Shown here piece by piece: positions 29,522-39,909 of a stretch of 64,000 nucleotides of DNA. A program made the position numbers and the translations under genes. The DNA is from an uncultured Eubacteriales bacterium (GTDB lineage Bacteria; Acidobacteriota; Aminicenantia; Aminicenantales; Aminicenantaceae), in NCBI GenBank assembly GCA_964514305.1, contig CAZEQD010000003.1, forward strand, positions 16,449-80,448, read 5' to 3'. The notes beneath the pieces are model-generated. The model worked only from the letters and a program-made list of their open reading frames with translations, did no database searches and was not told where the DNA came from. Each line of letters starts with the position of its first letter. Positions within the stretch are counted from its first letter, which is position 1.

Positions 29522-30731
29522 ATTTTAAAGCTATAACTGGATTTACTTTCGAAGCCCGATGAGAAGGAAAGAGGGTCGAAAGCAAGCTGATTAAAAGAGT
29601 GACGCCGATAATCAGCAACAAATCAACGAATCTAATATGGAAAGGCACATAAGATATCTGATAGATATCAACTGGAACCTTAATTAGCTGAAAGGTATTG
29701 GCCAGCCAGCACCAAGCCAAGCCAAAAACGACTCCAGCTGCAGTCCCGATGACTCCAATCATTGCGCCCTGGAGAAAAAATATTTTTCTTATATTGCGTG
29801 AAGTAACCCCCATAGCCATCAGAATACCAATATCCCTTGTCTTTTCCATAACCATCAGGATAAGAGTAGCAATAATATTTAAAGCAGCGACAAAGACAAT
29901 CAGAGCAATAGTCAAAAACATTACATTTTTTTCCAATTTTAAAGCAGAAAAGAGGGATTTATTCAGTTCCATCCAAGTCATGACATAGGCTACAGGGGGC
30001 ACAATTTGCTTAATCCTGGCAGCAATCTTAGGTGCCTGGAAAATATCTTCTATTTTTATCTGAAGCATACTAACCCTATTCTTTAAGCCAAAAAATCTTT
30101 GGGCAGATTCAAGAGGAATTAAAGCTGAAGAAGAGTCAAATTCATATAAGCCAGTGTTGAAAATCCCAGTTACTCTGAATCGTTTACTCTTAGGAATGAG
30201 ACCAAGAGGCGAAAGACGTGAAACTGCCGTCAAAACATCAACTTCATCGCCAACAGTTGCTCCAATATTAAGAGCAATCTCTTTGCCGAGGAGAATACCT
30301 CCTCTTCTATCTGAAGGAGGAAGACTTCCCCTTTCCAGTGTTTGAAGCCAGGGAGAATATTTTTTCTCAAGATTAAAATCCAATCCTTTGAGCATGGCTC
30401 CTGAGGCTTTATAAGGCCCTTTTAAAAGGACAGTATCATAAACCACTGGAGAAACCGAAATTATTCCTTTTATACCCTTAATCTTGCTTATAAGATGATC
30501 ATAATTTGTCAGTCCTTGGCCACTTAAGTCTGAAACCATAATGTGAGCAGTGGAAGATAGTATTTTATTTTGAACATCACCTTGAAAGCCGGTAATAAGG
30601 GCAATAGCAATAATGAGAGCCATAACCCCGATGGTTATGCCCAAGGCCGAAATAAATGTAATAAGGGAAATAAACGCCTGTTTTCTTTTGGCCGTTAAAT
30701 AGCGCTTGGCAATAAATAATTCATAGTTCAT
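29514..30731 (-). CDS. lolE: Lipoprotein-release ABC transporter permease LolC/E
   Basis: FISLITFISALGITIG, LKLEK, VAALNI, DIGILMAMG, DIYQISYVP. Confidence 0.9.
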   Translation of the reverse strand: MNYELFIAKRYLTAKRKQAFISLITFISALGITIGVMALIIAIALITGFQGDVQNKILSSTAHIMVSDLSGQGLTNYDHLISKIKGIKGIISVSPVVYDTVLLKGPYKASGAMLKGLDFNLEKKYSPWLQTLERGSLPPSDRRGGILLGKEIALNIGATVGDEVDVLTAVSRLSPLGLIPKSKRFRVTGIFNTGLYEFDSSSALIPLESAQRFFGLKNRVSMLQIKIEDIFQAPKIAARIKQIVPPVAYVMTWMELNKSLFSALKLEKNVMFLTIALIVFVAALNIIATLILMVMEKTRDIGILMAMGVTSRNIRKIFFLQGAMIGVIGTAAGVVFGLAWCWLANTFQLIKVPVDIYQISYVPFHIRFVDLLLIIGVTLLISLLSTLFPSHRASKVNPVIALKYE

Positions 30732-30735
30732 AGCT

Positions 30736-30959
30736 ACCGTAAAGATTAAACAGTAAAGATGAAGGAGTCAAGACGAAAAAACGTGAACTGCAAAACATAA
30801 AACGCAAATCGTAAGATATAAATAGCAAGAAGTTTTATGTTTCACACTTGAGCCTCTAAGCTTTGCTCCTCACATTTCGCTTCTTACTCCTCAATTCTTA
30901 CAGTTTACTATTTACTGTTTACCCTTTACTCTTTACTTTTCACTTTTTACTTTTTACTG
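30736..30959. repeat. Bipartite inverted 7-nt-periodic array (about 31 units)
   Basis: 26 in-phase heptamers from 30778 to 30959 (e.g. TTTACTA TTTACTG TTTACCC TTTACTC TTTACTT). The left part is purine-rich (AAACAGT, AAAACGT) and the right part is its pyrimidine-rich reverse complement. Confidence 0.75.
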
Positions 30960-32486
30960 TTTGGGACGTAAGAGAGGAAAGAGGATTACTTCTCTTATTG
31001 ATTTCTGGTTGGCAAAAATCATTACCAGTCGATCGATGCCTATTCCTTCCCCCCCTGTGGGCGGAAGACCATATTCTAAGGCCTGAATATAATCCCTATC
31101 TATCCAGTGAGCTTCCTCACTTCCTTTTTTCCTCTCCTCAGCTTGCTGTTCAAACCGTCTTTTCTGGTCGGCTGGATCAGTTAACTCACTGAAAGCATTG
31201 GCAATTTCCATGCCAGCCATGATAAGTTCAAAGCGTTCTGCTTCTTCTGGGTTATCAGGAGAAGCCTTGGCTAAAGGAGAGACTTCTTTAGGGGGATTGG
31301 TAATAAAAGTTGGTTGAATAAGATTTTCTTTTACATATTTATCAAAAATTATATCAAGAGCCTTGCCATAAGAAAGGAGCTTTTTTTCTGGGGTCAAAGT
31401 AGAAGCCAATTCTATAACCTCAGCTTCATTTTCAAATCGACTGGGAGCAAGGCCGCTATAATAAACTAAGGCTTCCTTAAATTTGATCCTTTTCCACGGT
31501 CTCTTTAAAGATATTTTATCCTCTCCGAAAATGATTTCATCAGAGCCGAGGATTGATTGAGCTAAGTAATTAATAAGTTCCTCTGTCATTTCCATCATAT
31601 CATTGTAATCGCTATAGGCTTGATAGAATTCGAGCATGGTGAATTCAGGATTATGTTCGGAGGAAATACCTTCGTTTCGAAAATTACGATTTATTTCATA
31701 AACTTTTTCAAAGCCTCCTACAATCAATCTCTTAAGATATAATTCGGGAGCTATTCTCAGATAAAGATCAATTCCCAAAGCATTGTGATAGGTTTTGAAA
31801 GGTCTGGCTAAAGCTCCGCCAGGAATAGCCTGCATCATCGGTGTTTCAACTTCTAGGTAGCCTCTTTGATCAAAATATTTTCGGAGGTGAGTAATAAGGG
31901 CACTTCTTAATCTAAAAATCTGAGCACTTTTGGGGTTAACAATAAGGTCTAAATATCTTTTTCGGAAACGGAGCTCCACATCCTGTAAGCCGTGCCACTT
32001 CTCAGGGAGAGGATGAAGGCACTTGGCCAAAAAAGTAAACGATTGAGCTAAAACAGTCAATTCTCCTGTTTTTGTTTTGAAAAGAAATCCTTCAACTGAT
32101 AAGATATCTCCGATATCTATTAGAGAAAAAATCTGGTAATTTTTCTTCCCAACTTTATCTTCCCTTAAATACACCTGAATCTTAGCTTGGCAGTCAGCCA
32201 TGTGAAAAAAAGTAGCTCGACCCATACGGCGGATAGACATAATTCTGCCAGGCACAGCTACCTTTATTTTTTCCCTCTCTAACTCATCTCCGGATAAGGA
32301 AGAATATCCTGAGACAAGCTCAGGAATTGAATGGGTTTTTTTTACTCGATGGGGAAAAAGTTCAACTCCTTGTTGACGCAGCTTGGCCATCTTGACCAAA
32401 CGGGCTGCTTCCTGATCGCTCATTCTGGCTACTTCTGAGTCAGAAGGTTTCATTATATTTTTTTCTAATTCCTTCTTATTATTCAT
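30954..32486 (-). CDS. lysS: Lysine--tRNA ligase (class II)
   Basis: OB-fold anticodon domain, LRIAPELYLKRL, FRNEG, HNPEFT, YGLPPTGG.GIGIDRL. Confidence 0.97.
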   Translation of the reverse strand: MNNKKELEKNIMKPSDSEVARMSDQEAARLVKMAKLRQQGVELFPHRVKKTHSIPELVSGYSSLSGDELEREKIKVAVPGRIMSIRRMGRATFFHMADCQAKIQVYLREDKVGKKNYQIFSLIDIGDILSVEGFLFKTKTGELTVLAQSFTFLAKCLHPLPEKWHGLQDVELRFRKRYLDLIVNPKSAQIFRLRSALITHLRKYFDQRGYLEVETPMMQAIPGGALARPFKTYHNALGIDLYLRIAPELYLKRLIVGGFEKVYEINRNFRNEGISSEHNPEFTMLEFYQAYSDYNDMMEMTEELINYLAQSILGSDEIIFGEDKISLKRPWKRIKFKEALVYYSGLAPSRFENEAEVIELASTLTPEKKLLSYGKALDIIFDKYVKENLIQPTFITNPPKEVSPLAKASPDNPEEAERFELIMAGMEIANAFSELTDPADQKRRFEQQAEERKKGSEEAHWIDRDYIQALEYGLPPTGGEGIGIDRLVMIFANQKSIREVILFPLLRPKQ

Positions 32487-32920
32487 TCTTTCTTTCCTCT
32501 AATGTTTATTTTAACTGAATCCAATTTTTTGCTGATTGCATCTAAAATTCCATTGATAAAAACAGCTGCTTCCTGACCACTATATTTCTTAGCAATCTCG
32601 ATGGCTTCATTAATGATAATAGCTGGAGCTACATTTTCCTCATAAAGGAGTTCAAAAACGGCCATCCTCAAAATATTTCTATCAACCACAGCCATCCTGG
32701 ATAGACGCCAGTGTTCAGAAAAAGATTGAATTATTCTATCAATTTCTTTTTGGTTGGAGATAATACCTTCAACCAGCCATTGGCTATATTTTCTAATTTC
32801 AGGCAGAGCCTTTCTCTCCTGCCAATAATGATTGATTGTCTGGCCAGGCTCAGAGTTGTTAAAATCTAATTGAAAAAGAATTTGCAGGGTAGCTTCTCTA
32901 GCTTTTCTCCTTTTGCCCAT
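32483..32920 (-). CDS. nusB: Transcription antitermination factor NusB
   Basis: RRKARE, VDRNILR, INEAIEIAKKY, FINGILD. Confidence 0.95.
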   Translation of the reverse strand: MGKRRKAREATLQILFQLDFNNSEPGQTINHYWQERKALPEIRKYSQWLVEGIISNQKEIDRIIQSFSEHWRLSRMAVVDRNILRMAVFELLYEENVAPAIIINEAIEIAKKYSGQEAAVFINGILDAISKKLDSVKINIRGKKE

Positions 32921-32934
32921 TAATCATTCTAACC

Positions 32935-33405
32935 TTAAACAAGCCCAGTTTCTCTAATTAAATTAATAGTTTCAACCAAAGATAAAGCTGCCTCATAACC
33001 CTTATTACCCGCCTTGGTTCCAGCCCTTTCAATTCCCTGTTCAATATTTTCCACAGTTAAGATACCAAAAGCTACAGGAATGCCTTCCTCCATACTAATC
33101 TGAGCTAATCCTTTAGTAACCTCAGCACTTAAAAAATCAAAATGAGGGGTATCGCCTCTTATCAGCGTTCCCAGGCAAATAATCCCCTCTACTTTTCCCA
33201 TCTGAGCCAGTTTTTTGGCCATAAGGGGTACCTCAAAAGAACCGGGGACTTTATAAATAGATAAGTCTTTATCTTCTGCCCCTAATTTCTGAAGAGCATC
33301 AAGGGCACCTTCCAAAAGTCTATCAGAAATAAACTGGTTGAAGCGGCTGACTATAAGGCCAATCTTTAAACCTTTAGCCTGCAGTTTTCCTTGATAAATT
33401 TTCAT
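32935..33405 (-). CDS. ribH: 6,7-dimethyl-8-ribityllumazine synthase
   Basis: [32 protein letters not shown]. Confidence 0.97.
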   Translation of the reverse strand: MKIYQGKLQAKGLKIGLIVSRFNQFISDRLLEGALDALQKLGAEDKDLSIYKVPGSFEVPLMAKKLAQMGKVEGIICLGTLIRGDTPHFDFLSAEVTKGLAQISMEEGIPVAFGILTVENIEQGIERAGTKAGNKGYEAALSLVETINLIRETGLV

Positions 33406-33415
33406 GTTTTCTCCT

Positions 33416-34198
33416 TTATTTACCTTGAAAATTAGCTTGTCTTTTGGCTAAAAAAGCTTTTGTCCCTTCTTCGCTGTCTGCAGTAGCACAGGCTTCGCCA
33501 AAAAGTTCTGCCTCCACCAGAAGGCCTTCTTCAAGAGTTCCATCTAATCCCTTATTGATAGCCTTAATAGCATATTGAAGAGCCAAAGGAGCATTGGCTG
33601 CAATTTCTTTCGCCAGAGCTTTACAAGCCGGCAAAAGATCTTGGGAGGCGACAACCTTGTTGACCAAGCCAATCTTTAAAGCTTCTTCAGCCCCAATAAT
33701 TCTGCCAGTGAGAATAAGCTCCAGGGACCTGCCTTTCCCTACCAGTCTTGACAGCCGCTGGGTTCCTCCAAATCCTGGAATAAGGCCTAATTTGACCTCA
33801 GGTTGACCCATCTTGGCTTTTTCGGAGGCAAGGCGCAAATGACAAGCAAGAGCTAACTCTGTACCCCCACCCAGTGCATAACCATTAATAGCAGCTATGA
33901 CTGGTTTAGGGAAATTTTCTATGTACTTTGTTAAATCTTGACCAGCTAAGGCATATTCTTTGCCAGAGACTAAATCAAGATGGGAAAGCTCCTCAATGTC
34001 AGCTCCAGCTACAAAGGCTTTTTCTCCCGATCCGGTTAAGATTACAACTCGGAGCTCAGGATCATTTTGATAAGATAGGAAAGCCTCCTTTAATTCCTTA
34101 ATAGTCTCTTTATTCAAAGCATTCAATCTTTGAGGGCGATTAACAAAAATCCAACCCAAGCCCTCCTCTTTCTTGACAATTAAATTCTGGTAACTCAT
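33416..34198 (-). CDS. crt: Enoyl-CoA hydratase (crotonase family)
   Basis: [38 protein letters not shown] (both catalytic Glu present). Confidence 0.85.
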   Translation of the reverse strand: MSYQNLIVKKEEGLGWIFVNRPQRLNALNKETIKELKEAFLSYQNDPELRVVILTGSGEKAFVAGADIEELSHLDLVSGKEYALAGQDLTKYIENFPKPVIAAINGYALGGGTELALACHLRLASEKAKMGQPEVKLGLIPGFGGTQRLSRLVGKGRSLELILTGRIIGAEEALKIGLVNKVVASQDLLPACKALAKEIAANAPLALQYAIKAINKGLDGTLEEGLLVEAELFGEACATADSEEGTKAFLAKRQANFQGK

Positions 34199-34235
34199 TC
34201 AATCACCTCTTTAAAATAAGGAATAATAAAAAATG

Positions 34236-35357
34236 TTAAACTATTTTTTTCTCAAATATTCTATATTTTTTATATACTTTGCCTCCAAGAGACTCAACAA
34301 AACGATTAATAGCATCGTTGTCTTCTAACTGCCAGGAGGTTTCGCTCCACTCATAGCCAGCTTTTAAAGCATTTTTTTCAAGTTCTGAATAAAGCAAATA
34401 GCTAATTCCTGCTAGTCTATATTCTCTGAGAACGCCAAAAACAATCGCTCTCATCCCTTTTATTTTCCGTCGATACATCAAGAATTTAAGGATACTTAAG
34501 GGAGTAAGCCGTCCGTTCATGCGTTTTATTACTTCATTATAATTGGGAAAGCCAAAGGCAAAACCAATGGGCTTACCGTTGTGCTCGGCAAATATAACCA
34601 GGCGCGGGTCTGCAAATTGTTTAAGTTTCTTAACCATAAAATCCATCTCGCTCTCAGTCCAGGGAACAAAACCCCAATTCTTCTCCCAGGCATTATTATA
34701 AATGAATTTTATTTTTTTCACTTCTTCAGCCAAATTTTTCATATCCACAGTTCTTAGCTTAACCTTTGTTTCTTTTCTTACTCTCTCTACAATCTTTCGC
34801 ACCTTGGCGGCCGTGTCATGATCTTTTGTCATATAAAAAGCATATAAGTCTTTAGCCTTGACTAAACCACATTTTTCCATTAGCTCCAAATAATAAGGAG
34901 GATTATAAGCCATCATAACTACAGGTGGAGAATCGAATCCCTCCAGCAGGAAAGCACATTCATCATTCATAGATAGATTCATAGGACCCCTTAAAATTTC
35001 CATTCCCCTTTTTTTACCCCATTCTGCTACTATATTTAGAAGAGAAGCCGCTATTTCTACATCATTTATACTTTCATAAAGGCCAAAGAAAACAACTTTC
35101 TCATTATGCATTTCATTATGATTCTCATCAATAATGGCCGCTATTCTACCCCCTATTTGATCGTTTTTGTAAGCCATAAAAAGTTCAACTTCAGCATGTT
35201 CAAAGAATGGATTCTTCTTTTTATCAAGTTTTTCCTTCATATCGGCCAGAAGAGGAGGAATCCAATTAGGATCATCTTTATAGATCTGCCAAGGGAATAA
35301 TAAAAATTTTTTGAATTCCTTTTTTGATTTAACTTCTTTAACTTGGATATCATCCAA
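34236..35357 (-). CDS. GNAT-fold N-acetyltransferase (YghO-like)
   Basis: IYKDDPNWIPPL, GRIAAI, NPPYY, PWTESE, SWQLEDN, YKKYRIF; TTG start with GGAGG RBS. Confidence 0.75.
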   Translation of the reverse strand: MDDIQVKEVKSKKEFKKFLLFPWQIYKDDPNWIPPLLADMKEKLDKKKNPFFEHAEVELFMAYKNDQIGGRIAAIIDENHNEMHNEKVVFFGLYESINDVEIAASLLNIVAEWGKKRGMEILRGPMNLSMNDECAFLLEGFDSPPVVMMAYNPPYYLELMEKCGLVKAKDLYAFYMTKDHDTAAKVRKIVERVRKETKVKLRTVDMKNLAEEVKKIKFIYNNAWEKNWGFVPWTESEMDFMVKKLKQFADPRLVIFAEHNGKPIGFAFGFPNYNEVIKRMNGRLTPLSILKFLMYRRKIKGMRAIVFGVLREYRLAGISYLLYSELEKNALKAGYEWSETSWQLEDNDAINRFVESLGGKVYKKYRIFEKKIV

Positions 35358-35576
35358 TCTATTTTCCTCCTAAGTTTTTCATATTTTATCAGATAAAATT
35401 TAATTTTGCATCATTAAATTAAAGAACGAAAGCATCCCCATTTCAAATTGCATCAAATCATCATAAAAGCATCTCTATTTCCGCGATTCCTGTAAGGAGC
35501 CATAAATAACTTCTTTAATTATTGGATATCACGGAAATAGAGACTCTTCCTTTCACGTTTCACGCTTTAAAGGCTA

Positions 35577-35604
35577 ACTGCCTGCTGAGGACAGCAGGCC
35601 CTAC
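35577..35604 (-). repeat. GTAG-class REP palindrome
   Basis: Minus strand GTAG-GGCCTGCTG-TCCT-CAGCAGGCA-GT. Confidence 0.75.
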
Positions 35605-35710
35605 ACCAATATAAAGTTGCTGGAGGTTATATTTTGTGATAAAAACTTAGGACAAAAGTTTTAATGATGATAAAATAGACTAGGCAGTAGCCAAAATAAA
35701 GGAGGACAAA

Positions 35711-38161
35711 ATGAAAGTTGCTACAAACTTTAAAGAGCTGCCTCCAGAGAAACTCCGTTGGAGACTTGATCCCCTAAAAATTCCTTTTGAAACCAGCGCT
35801 CAGTGCAAAACTTCTGAAGAAATAATTGGCCAGGAAAGAGCCTTAAGAGCCATCCAAACTGGTTTAGAAATAGAAAGCCTTGGCTACAATATTTTTGTCA
35901 CAGGCATAGTTGGTACGGGCAGGACAACCACTATCAAACAGCTTTTGGAAAAATTAGAAAAAGGAGAAAAAGCACCTGATGATATTCTTTACGTCAATAA
36001 CTTCAAGGCTCCTGATGAACCTATGTTGATTAAGATGCCAGCCGGCAAAGGAAAACTATTTCGCCAAGCCATGGACCATTTGATTAAAATGCTATCAAAG
36101 AGCATACCTGAGCTTTTGAAAAGTAAATACTATCTTGAAAAAAGAGATAGTATTATTCAAAGCCAGCAGAATAAACAAAAAGAAATATTAAAAAAGTTTG
36201 AAGAAGAAGTAGGTAAAGAAGGATTTTCTGTCATTCAAGTCCAGATGGGGCTCTTTGTCAAACCCGACCTTGTGCCTTTAATCGACAACAAACCCACTCC
36301 TTTTGCTAAACTGGAAGCCTTAGTCAGAGAAGGAAAATTTCCTAAGGAAAAGCTGGAAGAGCTGAAAAATAAATATGAAGAATTAACTGATAAACTAGAA
36401 GAAATTTTTCAGAAAATAAAAGAAACAGAGGAAAAAACCAAGCAAATGTTAAAAGAATGGGATGCTGAATCCATTACTCCCATTATCACCGGAGCTGTGG
36501 CTGAAATTAGAGAAAAATATAACTATCCAAAGATTCCAGAGTATCTTCAAGATGTAGAGCAAACTCTCATCAAAAATATCGACCTTTTCAAGGGAGAAAA
36601 AAAAGATCAGAAAGAAAAGTTACCTATTGATCCTTTCTTAGAATACAGAGTTAATCTGGTTATCGATAACTCAAGAGTAACAGGAGCACCCGTGGTCATT
36701 GAAACTAATCCCAATTATGTCAATTTATTTGGCTCGATTGAAGCCACTCTCAATAGATTTGGAATATGGCAAAGTGACTTCACCAAAATCAAAGGCGGAT
36801 CTTTGCTTAAGGCAAACGGCGGCTATTTAGTCATGAATGCTCTGGATGCTTTGGTAGAAATAGGTGTCTGGCCCACCCTGAAGCGAACTTTAAGAAACCG
36901 TAAGCTCGAAATCCAAAACTTTAGCACCATTTATCTCATCTCGTCCAGTCGACTTAAACCCCAGCCTATAGATATCGATGTTAAAGTGGTGATGATTGGA
37001 GATGAACATGTTTATAATCTTCTCTATTATTTAGATAAAGATTTCAAGAAGATATTTAAAGTAAAAGCCGAATTCGATTCGGAAACACAAAAAACTGAAA
37101 AAACAATTGAAGAATATGCTTCCTTTATAAAAAAAATAACAGATGCAGATAAATTGATTCCTTTTAATAAAGAGGGAATAGGAGCTCTTATTGAATATGG
37201 CACTAGGCTGGCCGGTAGGCAGAAGAAATTATCAACCCGATTTCATATTATTGCTGATGTAATTCGAGAGGCCTGCTATTGGGCAAAAAAAGATAAGCAG
37301 TCATTAGTGGACCGCCAGCACGTGGAAAAAGCCATCAAAGAACGCTTTGAACGCGTAAGCTTAATAGAAGATAAAATTCAAGAGATGATTGAAGAAGGAA
37401 CCATCATGATCGATACCCAAGGTAAGGTTATCGGTCAGGTAAACGGACTTTCTGTCTACGCCATGGGTGAATTTTCTTTCGGAAAACCCACCAGAATAAC
37501 AGCCCGGACAGCAGTAGGACGAGCAGGTGTAATCAATATTGAAAGGGAAGCAGACTTAAGCGGCCGCACCCATAACAAAGGTGTTCTTATCTTGGGAGGC
37601 TACCTAAGAGGAAAATACGCCTGGAACAAGCCTTTCTCTCTCTCGGCTAGCATTGCTTTCGAACAATCTTACTCTGGAATAGAGGGAGACAGTGCTTCAT
37701 CGACTGAAGTCTATGCCATTCTTTCCAGCCTCTCCAAATTGCCGCTGCGCCAAGATATCGCCGTTACCGGCTCTCTCAACCAAAGAGGTGAAATCCAGCC
37801 GATCGGAGGCGTAAACGAAAAAATCGAGGGCTTTTTCGATGTCTGCAAGGCTAAAGGACTAACTGGCAGCCAGGGTGTAATTATTCCCCACCAAAATGTT
37901 CAGAATCTTATGTTAAGAGAAGATGTGGTAGAAGTAGTTAAAAAAGGGAAATTTCATATCTATCCTATTAAAACCATTGACGAGGGTATTGAAATCTTAA
38001 CTGGAGTTAAAGCGGGGAAAAGAAAAGAAAATGGAACTTTTGAAGAAGGCACTGTAAATTATTTGGTAGATAAAGAACTGCAGCGGCTAGTTAAAAGCTG
38101 GAAAGCTTACGCAGCTGAAAAAGAAACTGAGAAAGAAAGACAAAAGGAAAAAGAAGTTTAA
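35711..38161 (+). CDS. Lon-like S16 protease (LonB/LonC type)
   Basis: IIGQERA, G..GTGRTT, IEGDSAS (Ser) and GGVNEKIEGFF (Lys) catalytic dyad. Confidence 0.9.
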   Translation: MKVATNFKELPPEKLRWRLDPLKIPFETSAQCKTSEEIIGQERALRAIQTGLEIESLGYNIFVTGIVGTGRTTTIKQLLEKLEKGEKAPDDILYVNNFKAPDEPMLIKMPAGKGKLFRQAMDHLIKMLSKSIPELLKSKYYLEKRDSIIQSQQNKQKEILKKFEEEVGKEGFSVIQVQMGLFVKPDLVPLIDNKPTPFAKLEALVREGKFPKEKLEELKNKYEELTDKLEEIFQKIKETEEKTKQMLKEWDAESITPIITGAVAEIREKYNYPKIPEYLQDVEQTLIKNIDLFKGEKKDQKEKLPIDPFLEYRVNLVIDNSRVTGAPVVIETNPNYVNLFGSIEATLNRFGIWQSDFTKIKGGSLLKANGGYLVMNALDALVEIGVWPTLKRTLRNRKLEIQNFSTIYLISSSRLKPQPIDIDVKVVMIGDEHVYNLLYYLDKDFKKIFKVKAEFDSETQKTEKTIEEYASFIKKITDADKLIPFNKEGIGALIEYGTRLAGRQKKLSTRFHIIADVIREACYWAKKDKQSLVDRQHVEKAIKERFERVSLIEDKIQEMIEEGTIMIDTQGKVIGQVNGLSVYAMGEFSFGKPTRITARTAVGRAGVINIEREADLSGRTHNKGVLILGGYLRGKYAWNKPFSLSASIAFEQSYSGIEGDSASSTEVYAILSSLSKLPLRQDIAVTGSLNQRGEIQPIGGVNEKIEGFFDVCKAKGLTGSQGVIIPHQNVQNLMLREDVVEVVKKGKFHIYPIKTIDEGIEILTGVKAGKRKENGTFEEGTVNYLVDKELQRLVKSWKAYAAEKETEKERQKEKEV

Positions 38162-38182
38162 ACCTTCTTCTTGATCTGATCA

Positions 38183-39670
38183 CTAAACTTTCATTACTCT
38201 TCTAAAATGATAGCCATAAATGGCAAACTTTACCGCCAAGGGAAAAAGATGAGGCCGCCTGAACAATGTCCAGCTGAGAAGTTTCCAGTAATGAAGTCTT
38301 TCCCTCCCTTTTATTCCTAAGACGCCAATGGATTTTATAAAAGCCCCGAGATAGCTGAAATCAAGATTGAATTTTCTTTTAAAAATTCGAGGCTTGTATT
38401 GTCTAAGAAAAATCATTACCCGCTGATAATAATGTTGAGGTGAATAAATAGTATCCATGATAGATTTATAGCCGCTGAGAAGGGTTTTAAGGTTCATTTT
38501 GGGCACAAAATTTATGGAATAATCTGTATTATCACCGGATGAATTACTTATCAATCTTTTCTCTCTTTTTAAGCGAGAATAAAGTCTGGAGCCAGGAGGT
38601 GCATTAAGCAAGCCGACCATGGCTGTCACAATTCCACTTTTCTGGATAAAGCGGATCTGTCTTTCAAAAATAGAAGGAGGATCGCTATCAAAACCGACAA
38701 TAAAACCTCCCTGAACTTCAAGGCCAAATTCCTGAATTTTCTTGACACAGGAAAGTAAATCACGGTTCTTGTTCTGAAACTTATTGCATTCAGTAAGACT
38801 GTCTTCGTTTGGCGTTTCAATGCCGATGAATACTTTATTAAAGCCAGCTTCGACCATTAATTGAATTAATTCCTTATCATCATAAAGATTTATGGAGGCC
38901 TCGGTAAAGAACGAAAAGGGGTATTTTTTCTGCTTCATCCATTTTATCAAGAAGGGAAGAATTTCTTTCTTTAATTTTTTCTTATTACCAATAAAATTAT
39001 CATCGACAAAAAAGACACTTCCCCGCCACCCATGTTTATATAAAGAATCTAACTCTTCAATTATTTGCTCTTTATCTTTTGTCCGAGGCCGATGTCCATT
39101 AAGAAAAGGTATATCACAGAACTCACAATTGTAAGGGCAACCTCTCGAGTACTGAATGTTCATAGAAGCATATTTCCTCATATTAATTAGTTCCCAACTT
39201 GGAACGGGTGTTTCTCTTAGGTCGGGCCACTTCTTAACTTTATAAAGACGGCGAAGATTACCTTTTTTCAGATCCTCCAAAAAAGGAGGCAGCGAGGCCT
39301 CAGCTTCGTTTAAAACAAAGCAATCAACATCTTCAAATTCTCGGTATTGAGTGGAAAAAAGGGGACCACCGGCCACAGTTTTGACTCCCTTTTTCCGGCA
39401 GAGCTTTATTATTTCTCTAGCGGACTTTTGTTGAACCATCATTGCACTAATAAAAACATAGTCAGCCCATTCCAGATCGGACTCATTCAAGGCAGTAACA
39501 TTTAAGTCTACTAATTTTTTTGGCCATTCTTTGGGCAGCATAGAGGCTACTGTTAACAGGCCAAGAGGCGGGAATGATGCTTTTTTAGAAACAAATTTCA
39601 GAGCATAAGTAAAACTCCAAAAAGTATTCGGATAACGGGGATATATTAAAAGAATGTTCAATTTATTCAC
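38183..39670 (-). CDS. B12-binding radical SAM protein with DUF4070-type C-terminus
   Basis: PPLGLLTVA, VAGGP, SRGCPYNCEFCD (CxxxCxxC), FFVDDNFIGN, GGFIVGFD. Confidence 0.9.
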   Translation of the reverse strand: MNKLNILLIYPRYPNTFWSFTYALKFVSKKASFPPLGLLTVASMLPKEWPKKLVDLNVTALNESDLEWADYVFISAMMVQQKSAREIIKLCRKKGVKTVAGGPLFSTQYREFEDVDCFVLNEAEASLPPFLEDLKKGNLRRLYKVKKWPDLRETPVPSWELINMRKYASMNIQYSRGCPYNCEFCDIPFLNGHRPRTKDKEQIIEELDSLYKHGWRGSVFFVDDNFIGNKKKLKKEILPFLIKWMKQKKYPFSFFTEASINLYDDKELIQLMVEAGFNKVFIGIETPNEDSLTECNKFQNKNRDLLSCVKKIQEFGLEVQGGFIVGFDSDPPSIFERQIRFIQKSGIVTAMVGLLNAPPGSRLYSRLKREKRLISNSSGDNTDYSINFVPKMNLKTLLSGYKSIMDTIYSPQHYYQRVMIFLRQYKPRIFKRKFNLDFSYLGAFIKSIGVLGIKGRERLHYWKLLSWTLFRRPHLFPLAVKFAIYGYHFRRVMKV

Positions 39671-39785
39671 CTTATTTCCTTTTTTAATTTTAAAATAACA
39701 AAAGAGATTTTTATCTAATGAAAGAAGACATTAAAATAAATCCGACTCTTTCTAATTTTCGTTGGTTTTAAGTATACACTATTGC

Positions 39786-39799
39786 TTGACGAATATCAA
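39786..39799. promoter_or_regulatory. FNR/CRP-like box overlapping a candidate -35 of the radical SAM gene
   Basis: TTGAC-GAAT-ATCAA versus the FNR consensus TTGAT-N4-ATCAA; on the minus strand it reads TTGATA-17 nt-TATACT. Confidence 0.35.
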
Positions 39800-39839
39800 T
39801 CATTTTTAAAAAAAAGGATTTTTTCATTGACTCGGATAA

Positions 39840-39909
39840 ACGGCCCGCTGATGACAGCAAGCCCTACAGCAATATAATCTGACGGTCTGTTGAGGACAGC
39901 GGAGCCTAC
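39840..39909 (-). repeat. Tandem doublet of GTAG REPs (42-bp period)
   Basis: GTAGGCTCCGCTGTCCTCAACAGACCGT (39909-882) and GTAGGGCTTGCTGTCATCAGCGGGCCGT (39867-840); the first supplies the TAG stop of the pseudouridine synthase gene. Confidence 0.75.

Noticed and set aside
30863-31192. 109-aa plus-strand ORF (LLFTVYPLLFTFHFLLFTV...)
   Set aside because: Its N-terminus is a translation of the heptamer array and the rest is antisense to lysS.
39671-39839. Cobalamin riboswitch before the B12 radical SAM gene
   Set aside because: No B12-box or conserved riboswitch core is visible; the leader is short and AT-rich.
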